Source: Candidatus Stercoripulliclostridium sp. (GTDB lineage: Bacteria; Bacillota; Clostridia; Christensenellales; DTU072). From it: a stretch of 64,000 nt of DNA. How positions within the stretch are numbered: position 1 is the stretch's first letter; every line of letters starts with the position of its first letter. Below, piece by piece: positions 36,688 through 45,300 of this stretch. The notes under the pieces are model-generated. The model had not been told where the DNA came from and searched no databases. It saw only the letters and a program-made list of their open reading frames with translations. The position numbers were made by a program, and so were the translations under genes. The DNA lies in NCBI GenBank assembly GCA_045577735.1, contig JAZNIY010000013.1:26702-90701 (forward strand), read 5' to 3'.

Positions 36688-37368
36688 ATGATTATCCAAG
36701 GACTACAAAAATTAACCATACTCGATTTCCCGGGACAAGTAGCTTGCATAGTATTTACTGCAGGGTGCTCTTTCCGTTGTCCCTTTTGCCACAATGCAAC
36801 GCTTGTGAAAGGAGAGGGAGAGAATATAAGCGAAGAAGAGGTGCTGGCCTATCTTAAAAAACGCCAAGGAATTTTGGACGGAGTCGTCATAACCGGTGGT
36901 GAGCCAACCATTCAAAAGGACCTAAAAGAATTCATCAAAAAGATTAAGACACTAGGTTACAAGGTAAAACTTGACACCAACGGCTATCATCCCGAAAGGC
37001 TAAAAGAGCTTTTGGACGAGGGGCTTCTCGATTACGTTGCAATGGATATAAAAAACAGCAAAGAGAAGTATGCTTGTACCACTGGGCTACAAAATATAGA
37101 TATTACGCGCATTGAGCAAAGTGTGGAACTCATTAAAAATGGTAACGTACCTTACGAATTTCGCACTACCACAATGGCTGAGTATCATGAAACACAAGAC
37201 TTTGTGGCCATCGAAAAATGGGTAAGTGGCGCAAAAAAATTTTTTATACAATCTTTCAAGGATTCGGGCGATATCTTGTGTGGAAGCTTTACTCCACTAA
37301 ATGAGCAAAAAATGGAAGAATTTCAACAAATTTTGGCTGTTTCGGTGGGGGAAGTGAAAACTCGGTAG
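36688..37368 (+). CDS. nrdG: Anaerobic ribonucleoside-triphosphate reductase activating protein (radical SAM)
   Basis: CSFRCPFCHN (CxxxCxxC radical-SAM cluster) follows LTILDFPGQVACIVFTAGC. ITGGEP SAM-binding motif. Size and context next to nrdD fit. No obvious RBS or promoter of its own. Confidence 0.9.
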   Translation: MIIQGLQKLTILDFPGQVACIVFTAGCSFRCPFCHNATLVKGEGENISEEEVLAYLKKRQGILDGVVITGGEPTIQKDLKEFIKKIKTLGYKVKLDTNGYHPERLKELLDEGLLDYVAMDIKNSKEKYACTTGLQNIDITRIEQSVELIKNGNVPYEFRTTTMAEYHETQDFVAIEKWVSGAKKFFIQSFKDSGDILCGSFTPLNEQKMEEFQQILAVSVGEVKTR

Positions 37369-37376
37369 CCAGGGAT

Positions 37377-37394
37377 ACCACAATATTTTGTGGT
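37377..37394 (+). promoter_or_regulatory. NrdR box 1
   Basis: ACCACAATATTTTGTGGT has palindromic arms ACCACAA/TTGTGGT. It matches the published NrdR-box consensus acaCwAtATaTwGtgt at about 13 of 16 positions. Confidence 0.75.
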
Positions 37395-37420
37395 CAAAAA
37401 GGGGTTTTGGAAAAAAATAA

Positions 37421-37436
37421 CCACAATATCTTGTAA
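37421..37436 (+). promoter_or_regulatory. NrdR box 2 (weaker right arm)
   Basis: CCACAATATCTTGTAA. The left half is identical to box 1. Box starts are 43 bp apart, about 4 helical turns. Confidence 0.6.
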
Positions 37437-37444
37437 AAAACCTG

Positions 37445-37474
37445 TTGACAGAATGGCGAGTCGTGTAGTAGGAT
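37445..37474 (+). promoter_or_regulatory. Putative nrdD promoter
   Basis: TTGACA at 37445-37450, then 18 nt, then TAGGAT at 37469-37474 (4 of 6 for the -10). AGGAGG RBS at about 37499. Confidence 0.4.
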
Positions 37475-37510
37475 ATTACTGCACGATTTCATTTTTTTAG
37501 GAGGTAGTTT

Positions 37511-39874
37511 ATGTACCAAGTTGTCAATAGAGAAGGCAAAATAGTTGACTTTGATACTAACAAGATTATAGGCGCAATTTCCAAAGCCTTTGATTCATTA
37601 GATAAATATTATAATAGGAGCACCCTTGAGCTTTTGGCTCTTAGAGTTACTGCAGATTTTAACCCCAAGATTAAAGATGGTTTCATCTCCGTTGAAGACA
37701 TCCAAGACAGCGTAGAAACCATTCTTATTCAAGCCGGATATGCAGACGTTGCGAAGGCATATATCCTTTATCGTAAGCAACGTGAAAAAGCACGCAACAT
37801 TCAAGGTACCCTTTTGGATTACAAGAAGGTTATTGATGATTATCTAAGCGTAAGCGACTGGCGTGTTAAGGAAAACAGTACCGTTACCTACTCCGTAGGC
37901 GGACTCATTCTTTCCAACAGTGGCGCAATTACTGCTAACTATTGGCTAAGTGAAGTATATGATGAAGAAATTGCCAACGCACACCGTAAGGCAGACATTC
38001 ACATTCACGATATGAGTATGCTTACCGGATACTGCGCAGGCTGGTCACTAAAACAACTCATCAAAGAGGGACTCGGTGGTGTTACCGGCAAGATTACTTC
38101 TTCTCCCGCACGTCACCTTTCTACTCTATGTAACCAAATGGTTAACTTCCTCGGCATAATGCAAAACGAATGGGCCGGCGCACAAGCATTCAGCTCTTTC
38201 GACACCTATCTTGCTCCCTTTGTAAAGAAGGATAACCTTTCATATTATGAAGTAAAGAAGTGCATTCAAAGCTTCGTCTACGGCGTAAATATTCCCTCTC
38301 GTTGGGGAACTCAAGCACCATTTAGCAACATTACTCTAGACTGGGTTGTTCCAAACGACCTTGCAGAGCTTAACGCTATTGTTGGTGGCGAAGAGCAAGA
38401 CTTTAAATATAAAGATTGTAAGAAGGAAATGGATATGATTAACAAGGCCTTCATCGAAACCATGATTCATGGCGATGCTAACGGCCGTGGTTTCCAATAT
38501 CCCATTCCCACATACTCCATTACCGCAGACTTCGATTGGTCGGAAACCGAAAACAACAAACTTCTTTTCGAAATGACTGCAAAATACGGCACGCCTTACT
38601 TCAGTAACTATATTAACAGCGATATGGAACCAAGTGACGTTCGTTCAATGTGCTGTCGTTTGCGTCTTGACCTTCGCGAACTTCGCAAGAAGAGTGGTGG
38701 TTTCTTTGGCAGTGGCGAATCAACCGGTTCTATCGGTGTTGTAACCATCAATATGCCTAGACTTGCCTACATTGCAAAGGACGAAAAAGACTTCTACGTT
38801 CGTCTTGACAAGATGATGGATATCTCTGCAAGAAGCTTGAAGATTAAACGTGACGTTATCTCCAACTTACTGGAAAACGGACTATATCCCTACACAAAGC
38901 GTTATCTTGACAATCTTGATAATCACTTCTCGACTATCGGCTTGGTAGGTATGAACGAAGCTTGCCTAAATGCAAACTGGATTAGAGCAAACCTAACCGA
39001 AGAAAGAGCAAGAAAATTTGCTATCGAGGTACTAAACCATATGAGAGAAAGATTGTCCGACTACCAAGAAAAATACGGCGACCTTTACAACCTTGAAGCA
39101 ACCCCTGCAGAATCAACCTCTTTCCGTCTTGCAAAGCATGACGTTCAACGTTATCCCGGCATCATTACTGCCGCTAAGTCCAAAGATGACACCCCATACT
39201 ACACCAACAGCTCACACTTGCCCGTAGGATATACCGAAGACGTATTCACCGCTCTTGACCTACAAGACGAATTACACACCCTCTACACCTCCGGTACAGT
39301 ATTCCACGCATATCTTGGTGAGCGTCTACCCAACTGGCAAAGTGCAATGAACCTTGTAAGAAAGATTGCAGAAAACTATCGTCTTCCTTACTATTCAATG
39401 AGCCCTACTTACTCCATCTGTAAAGACCACGGCTATATTAGTGGTGAAGAATATACCTGCCCCATCTGTGGCGAAACCACCGAAGTTTACAGCCGTATCA
39501 CCGGTTACTACCGTCCCGTAAGAAACTGGAACGATGGCAAGAGCCAAGAATTCAAGGATAGAAAGGTATACAATATTTCCAAGTACAATACCCCCCACAG
39601 CCAAGTAGCAGGGGACGTTAAAACCGAGTGCGCTTCCCAAGTAGAAGAGGGCATCACCCTTTACACTACTGCAACTTGCCCTAACTGCAAAATGGTAAAG
39701 ATGCTCCTTGATAAGGCCGGAATTAAGTACGAAACCGTTGTTGCAGATGCATCTACCAAGGCAAGATTTGATGCTCACGAAATCAAGCAAGCCCCCACCC
39801 TTATGGTAAATGGTGCCAAGTACGAAAACGCAAGCAACATCAAGAAGTATATTGAAGATAATAGCGCACGCTAA
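37511..39874 (+). CDS. nrdD: Class III anaerobic ribonucleoside-triphosphate reductase with a fused C-terminal glutaredoxin/NrdH-like domain
   Basis: N-terminal ATP-cone (MYQVVNREGKIVDFDTNKIIGAISKAF). Zn-ribbon CKDHGY...CPICG. Glycyl-radical motif SRITGYYRPV, with the Gly codon at 39503-39505. A ~35-aa linker then leads to ITLYTTATCPNCKMVKMLLDKAGIKYETVV...QAPTLMVNG, a thioredoxin fold with CPNC at 39677-39688 and a cis-Pro-like APT. Confidence 0.9.
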   Translation: MYQVVNREGKIVDFDTNKIIGAISKAFDSLDKYYNRSTLELLALRVTADFNPKIKDGFISVEDIQDSVETILIQAGYADVAKAYILYRKQREKARNIQGTLLDYKKVIDDYLSVSDWRVKENSTVTYSVGGLILSNSGAITANYWLSEVYDEEIANAHRKADIHIHDMSMLTGYCAGWSLKQLIKEGLGGVTGKITSSPARHLSTLCNQMVNFLGIMQNEWAGAQAFSSFDTYLAPFVKKDNLSYYEVKKCIQSFVYGVNIPSRWGTQAPFSNITLDWVVPNDLAELNAIVGGEEQDFKYKDCKKEMDMINKAFIETMIHGDANGRGFQYPIPTYSITADFDWSETENNKLLFEMTAKYGTPYFSNYINSDMEPSDVRSMCCRLRLDLRELRKKSGGFFGSGESTGSIGVVTINMPRLAYIAKDEKDFYVRLDKMMDISARSLKIKRDVISNLLENGLYPYTKRYLDNLDNHFSTIGLVGMNEACLNANWIRANLTEERARKFAIEVLNHMRERLSDYQEKYGDLYNLEATPAESTSFRLAKHDVQRYPGIITAAKSKDDTPYYTNSSHLPVGYTEDVFTALDLQDELHTLYTSGTVFHAYLGERLPNWQSAMNLVRKIAENYRLPYYSMSPTYSICKDHGYISGEEYTCPICGETTEVYSRITGYYRPVRNWNDGKSQEFKDRKVYNISKYNTPHSQVAGDVKTECASQVEEGITLYTTATCPNCKMVKMLLDKAGIKYETVVADASTKARFDAHEIKQAPTLMVNGAKYENASNIKKYIEDNSAR

Positions 39875-39933
39875 GAGTTAAAAAACAAATGATATCGCTC
39901 CGCGTAAGCGGGGCGATTTTAAGGTAAAGAGAT

Positions 39934-40857
39934 ATGAATTACGATTACGATATTATAGTTATTGGTGCAGGTGCTAGTGGTATGACGTCTGCTCTTTATG
40001 CCCTTCGTGGTGGCAAGAACGTGCTCATCATAGAAAAAGAAACGGTGGGTGGACAAATCTCATTTTCGCCCAGAGTTGAAAATTTCCCCACCATCAAGGA
40101 AATAAGCGGACAAGACCTTAGCGACCGCTTATTTGACCAAATAATGGACCAGGGAGTGGCTTTTGAGCTCGAAACAGTAGAGAAAATTGAAAAGTTAGAA
40201 GAGAAGGGCTTTAAGGTTACCACCGACTACCATACCTATACTGCAAAAGCGGTTATTATTGCAGCGGGAGTAAAGCATCGTCATTTGGGCCTTCCTCGTG
40301 AGCAAGAATTTATTGGTAGGGGCGTTTATTATTGTGCTCTTTGTGACGGTGCATTCTATGAAAACCAAGAAGTAACCCTAATAGGGGACGGCAACTCTGC
40401 GCTCCAATATGCACTTTACCTTTCCAATATTTGTTCCAAAGTTACGGTTGTAACGCTATTTGATTACTTTGCAGGCGAGCCCATGCTTGTAAATCGCCTT
40501 AAAGAGCGCGCTAACGTAGAAATCATTATGGGCTATGCTTCCACCTCATTTTTAGGTGAAGACAAGTTTGAGGGAATAGCTTTCAAAGAAACCTATGGCG
40601 ACAAGACTATGGAAATTAGAAATAGTGCTGTATTCGTAGCAATAGGTCAAGTGCCCGATAATAAGAAATATGAAAATTTAGTAGAGCTCGATAAACAAGG
40701 CTTCATTGTAGCCGGTGAAGATACTTTTACCAAAACCGAAGGCATCTATGCCGCCGGCGACTGTCGTACCAAGAGCGTACGCCAACTCACCACAGCTGTA
40801 GGCGACGGAGCCAACGCGGCGATAGGGGCTTGTGCTTATATTGATCGCACCTTCTAA
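39934..40857 (+). CDS. Low-molecular-weight thioredoxin-reductase-like flavoprotein (CxxC present, NADPH HRRxxxR motif absent)
   Basis: FAD motif DIIVIGAGASGMTSA. Redox-active CALCDG at 40333-40344. Second dinucleotide motif GDGNSA. Where E. coli-type TrxB has HRRDxFRA, this protein has TLFDYFAG (40453-40476). C-terminal FAD motif GIYAAGDC. Confidence 0.8.
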   Translation: MNYDYDIIVIGAGASGMTSALYALRGGKNVLIIEKETVGGQISFSPRVENFPTIKEISGQDLSDRLFDQIMDQGVAFELETVEKIEKLEEKGFKVTTDYHTYTAKAVIIAAGVKHRHLGLPREQEFIGRGVYYCALCDGAFYENQEVTLIGDGNSALQYALYLSNICSKVTVVTLFDYFAGEPMLVNRLKERANVEIIMGYASTSFLGEDKFEGIAFKETYGDKTMEIRNSAVFVAIGQVPDNKKYENLVELDKQGFIVAGEDTFTKTEGIYAAGDCRTKSVRQLTTAVGDGANAAIGACAYIDRTF

Positions 40858-40885
40858 AAACACGTTATTTTAGCGAATAACTTCA

Positions 40886-40950
40886 CAAAACAAGAGCCTC
40901 CCTCGGTCGTTTACGAGTAGTAAAGTCCCGTCAGTAGGCTCTTTTGTTTT
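40886..40950 (+). terminator. Long structured hairpin plus U-tract after the trxB-like gene (member of an intergenic repeat family)
   Basis: The outer stem AAGAGCCT (40892-40899) pairs with AGGCTCTT (40936-40943). The apical stem-loop is TTTAC-gagta-GTAAA (40910-40924). TTTTGTTTT follows. Confidence 0.65.
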
Positions 40951-41185
40951 GCCTCGTTCTTCATCTAAACTAACGCGTTTTAAGAGGCACCACATATACC
41001 GACTACAATCCACCGCGCATTTTAGCGAACAACTTCACAAAAACCAAAGTCTACCGTGGTCTAAAACTGGTGCAAGTAAACTCAAACTGAATAATAAGGT
41101 TTTGGCGAATTGCATTGTGAAGGAAAAAGTTTCCCTTCACTTCGCACTTCATCCAAAAAACAAAGTCTATTAAAGGAATAAAATT

Positions 41186-41211
41186 AAAAAGAGGTATGCA
41201 AGTACCTCTTT
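41186..41211. terminator. Bidirectional intrinsic terminator (serves the minus-strand lipid kinase gene)
   Basis: AAAAA-GAGGTA-tgcaag-TACCTC-TTTTT, immediately downstream of the stop at 41212-41214. Confidence 0.75.
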
Positions 41212-42048
41212 TTAATTAGAAATAATATTTATTGGGTTTCTAAGTTTGGTAATGTTTATTCCTATCGTTTTGTCGATATCATATTTTTCGCCGTCTACAC
41301 AAAATGGAGTAGGGGAAAGTAACTCAAGATCAACGTGCTTAAAAGGGGTGAAAAGAATATTCTTGCTTTTGTAAGGCTTGTTGAACCCGATGAAAAAGGC
41401 ACGGAAAAAGGGGAAAAAGATTTTAATTTTGTTAAGCAACGTATCCTTCCCGGGGCTCTTGATGGTAAGTAGACACATTTCGCCTTTGTTGTAAAGCCTA
41501 TTAAAGTTAAAGCCAAAACACCTCGGTGAGTTTATTAGCATAATTAGTGTGTACTCGCCGTCGGTTATAGAGCCGTCAACGTTCATTCTCGCCCAAATAT
41601 CATTTACTTTGTACTCTTTTACCACCTTGCTGATATAGGCAAGGGCTTTGAATCTTTTTTTGCTTTTTGTGTTTACGGCATAGCCTAACGGCGTGAATGT
41701 GCCGGTTGCGCAAACGTAGCTAAAAAGTATGTCTCCGGCGTGTCCAACGAGGTTGAGGGTGCTTTCGTTTTGTGCGTTATAGACCTCGTTGAGAGTGCCA
41801 CAAGGCACGTAATATAAGGCGGTGCGATCGGGAATAGAGGTGTTGATAATATGGTTTAACGTGCCGTCGCCACCGCACACGGCAACCCCTTCGTAGTCCT
41901 CCATTTTTATGTTTTCCAAATCTTCCGGGATATATTTTACCTCGAATTTTTGGTAGCGTGAGGACAGCCTCTCTTTAAGGCTTTCTAGGTTGAGGGCTTC
42001 GGCGTTGCCGGAAAGTTTGTTAATAACTATTAGACAATCATTTTTCAT
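41212..42048 (-). CDS. Diacylglycerol-kinase-family lipid kinase (DagK/YegS-like)
   Basis: The catalytic-domain motif VAVCGGDGTLNHIIN (GGDGT) follows an N-terminal LIVINKLSGN strand. At 278 aa it is typical for soluble DAGK_cat proteins. Confidence 0.8.
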   Translation of the reverse strand: MKNDCLIVINKLSGNAEALNLESLKERLSSRYQKFEVKYIPEDLENIKMEDYEGVAVCGGDGTLNHIINTSIPDRTALYYVPCGTLNEVYNAQNESTLNLVGHAGDILFSYVCATGTFTPLGYAVNTKSKKRFKALAYISKVVKEYKVNDIWARMNVDGSITDGEYTLIMLINSPRCFGFNFNRLYNKGEMCLLTIKSPGKDTLLNKIKIFFPFFRAFFIGFNKPYKSKNILFTPFKHVDLELLSPTPFCVDGEKYDIDKTIGINITKLRNPINIISN

Positions 42049-42075
42049 AATATATATTATTCACAACTTTTTTAT

Positions 42076-42104
42076 AATATAACATAAAAGATGGGCTTGG
42101 TCAA
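42076..42104 (-). promoter_or_regulatory. Putative promoter for the lipid kinase gene
   Basis: The minus strand reads TTGACC-17 nt-TATATT. The downstream leader is short and lacks a clear RBS. Confidence 0.4.
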
Positions 42105-42228
42105 ACCTTTATTTTGGGCTCCCAAAACATTGGTATGGGGTAAACATTTGTTGGACTAAATATTCAAAAAACTATACTTTAGAAAGAGAAAAAGGGAGAA
42201 AGCAAAATATCTAAAGATATTTTCGGTA

Positions 42229-42257
42229 TTGACAAAGCTTTTTTACAGTAATATAAT
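42229..42257 (+). promoter_or_regulatory. Consensus sigma-A promoter for the metallophosphoesterase gene
   Basis: TTGACA (42229-42234)-17 nt-TATAAT (42252-42257), a perfect match in both hexamers and spacing. Confidence 0.8.
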
Positions 42258-42275
42258 TAATATTATCTATTTATA

Positions 42276-42289
42276 CGGGCGCGCGCCCG
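42276..42289 (+). promoter_or_regulatory. Perfect 14-bp GC palindrome abutting the RBS
   Basis: CGGGCGCGCGCCCG is directly followed by GAGGAGCTGGGA and ATG 42302. It lies in the 5' leader, about 20 nt downstream of the -10. Confidence 0.5.
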
Positions 42290-42301
42290 GAGGAGCTGGG
42301 A

Positions 42302-45300
42302 ATGAGCAAGAAAACAATTTTATCCAAAACTTTCCTAACCCTTTCCGTAGTGCTAGTTGCACTTGCCGTACTACTCGGAGTATTTTCGGTAGATTTCGAC
42401 AAGAAAACTGCGGAAGCGGAAGAAGCAAAGTTTATTGCTAATGATGAAATTATCATCGGGCACTTAACCGACGTTCATTACTTTCCTATGAGCTATGGCT
42501 ATCTTGGCGATGACACGGACTTTTCCAAGAAGGTAATTACCTCGTCTAAGCTAACGCTAGAAAGCCACCTTTACGTTATGGAAGCTCTTGACCAAATCGT
42601 GGAGCAAAATCCCGAATATTTGGTAGTTACGGGCGACCTTACCACGGATGGTGAAATACAGGCTCACGTAGAGATAGCAAACCTTCTTCGTCAAACCCAA
42701 AATAGAGTGAGAGCGAATGGTAACGAAGATTTCCAAATTTTCGTAATCCTTGGTAACCACGACCTATACAACGAAGAGGCTTTTGACTATAGCACCGATG
42801 GTTCTGCTCGTTTGTTACCTAACGCAACCAGATATGATATGACTAAGGTTTATTCATCACTTGGTTATCCCGATTTGAGTGATGCAGAAATTAGTGCATA
42901 TTATGACACCAAAGCAGATCTTTCCGCTACACTTTGTCCCTATGACGATGCTTACGTTAGTGGCAACTCTACTGCAGGCGTGAAGTTCGTAAATAGCTCT
43001 ACAGCAAGTACGACCAGTATCGAATGGATATACAGAGAGAATGGTGCAGAACAAGCACTATTAAACGGAGACATTACCGATTATGACCAAGGTGAAATAT
43101 CCTACGTTGCAAACGTGTTGAAAGATTATGCCATTATTGGTATTGACGAGGGCGTAGCTACCGTAGAAACACAGCATCATCTTGGTGGTATTTTGCACCA
43201 AAACATACAAGATTTTTTGAGTGCTAAGAAGGTAGATGGCGAATTTGAAGACAAGAACCTAGTGTCACTTTCTCACCGTAACGTTCTTCCTCACTTTGTC
43301 AGCGAAGATAGTTTGTTAAAAGACTTTACTTTCTATAACACCTTTGAAACTGCAGACTTCTTAGCAGACCTGGGCGTTCGTTATTCTTACAGCGGACACA
43401 TGCACGCTAACGATATTGAATCTCGCATATCGTTGAACGGCAATCTCATTACCGACGTTGAAACGGCATCCGCTACCGGCTATAACGCTGCAGTTCGCTA
43501 CACCAAAATTGAGCGTGGTGAAGTTGATGGAAAGTATGCAGAAAATTTCTCTACCTACGTTAAGAAGATAGAAACCGTGGATATCACTTCTCTTGTAGCA
43601 ATGGGCTATATTGACGATGCATATTTCGACAGATATGACCTCTATCCTTACATTACTGAAGAGGGTGGCAGAACCATCATTACCGATGCCGCAGGATATT
43701 CTGCAAACAAAGTTCTCCTCAAGATAGTAGATAACATGGTATACCAATACATAGACGTTGACTTTATTGGTAACGCAGGTAACCTCATTAACGAACTGCT
43801 TCCCAGTGGTGGCATTGTAGATGCTATTAAGCCCATAGTCGAGCCTCTAATCAACAACCTAATTGTCCACCTAGAAGACGTTGTATTAAGTGATTACGTA
43901 TATAGAGGTAGCAATCCCGAATTTAAGAGCAAAGTGCGTGGCGCAAAGCTTTGTGGTTACGTTGACGAACTACTACAAGAAGCTCTTAATATGCCGGTTA
44001 ACAGCGAAGGCTTGGCATTGTTTGACTTCGTAATTAACTCATATCTTGACCACATTGGTGGCCGTGACGTTCCTTACGCACAACTTTCTCGTGGCGAAAA
44101 GGAAGCTCTTGCACTCTTCAAAGACGGTACTAACGTACAAAAATTGATAGACATCCTTCTTGATGAAGAGAGTGGACTACTTCGCATCATTAACGGATTG
44201 TTCGAGCCCATTGACCTTGCAAAAGATTTGGATGATGGCCAAGTAGCAATGATAAAATCCGTTCTAATGATCGTTGATAGCAAGATGAAGTGGGATCCCC
44301 ACAGCGTTAAGCTTGACGATCTTGTTCCCGGCGTACTTGAACTACTTGGTGGCATGGGTATTGACCTCGGTATCGATTTTGGTAACGATGGCATACAAGC
44401 ATTCTTAAACCACCTTATCGACAGCTACCTAACCGATTCTCTATACACCAGCCTTGGCGAAATTGCTTACGGCATTGTTTATAGCTTTAAAGTTGATGAA
44501 AATGCCAATATGGAAAACAGCTTTAACGGCTATACCATCTATAAGCACGACGTTACTCTTGCATCAAACTACGTTGAAGGAGCACTAGACACAACCCCCA
44601 CCGTAGAAAAGGGACAACTTCCCGGCATGATTACCGTAACCTTTGGTGAAAACCCCAAGACCGATAAAAACATCGTATGGTTTACCGACAAGACTGTTGT
44701 AGGAACCGACGTTCAATACGTAAAAGGCACTAAGTTTGACGAAAGCAAGGCAACCGAAGTAGTTGGCACTTGTGAAAAATATGCAACCACAACTGCGAAC
44801 ATCGACCTTGGCGTATATGCAACCTTAATGCACATCGAAGTAAACAGACACTCCATTGAATTAAAGGGGCTAGAAAGTGGTACTACCTATAGTTATAGAG
44901 TAGGTTCCAAGGCTCTTGGATACTGGAGTGAAGTATACACATTTGCGACTGCTCCCGAAGACGATCAACCCTTTGAGCTCTTACTCATTACCGATATTCA
45001 AGGCTCGGCAAACAAACCCTATTTGGCAGCAGAAGCTATTATGGCAAACGTTAATGAAGTATTCTCCAACGGCTATGATTTCATTATCAACTGTGGTGAC
45101 GTTGTAGATAACACTCGCAACTGGGTACAATGGGAATACTATTTGAGTGGTGGTTTGCAAAAATATTGGGCAAGCACCACAACCGTAGTTGCTAATGGTA
45201 ACCACGATGAATACGCTTATGAAAAGCCCGATGAAGAAGATATGAAGTTCGAGTATGAATGGTTAGACAAAGATGCCATCATGGACTCTTACAACTACCT

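Noticed and set aside
40949-41173. 74-aa ORF in the convergent intergenic region, and the 88-aa ORF at 5233-5499 upstream of the giant array.
   Set aside because: Neither has a Shine-Dalgarno. Their composition is basic and low-complexity. They overlap repeat or hairpin elements that explain the sequence better. The ORF at 42229-42441 overlaps a consensus promoter and the 5' end of the phosphoesterase gene and was rejected likewise.
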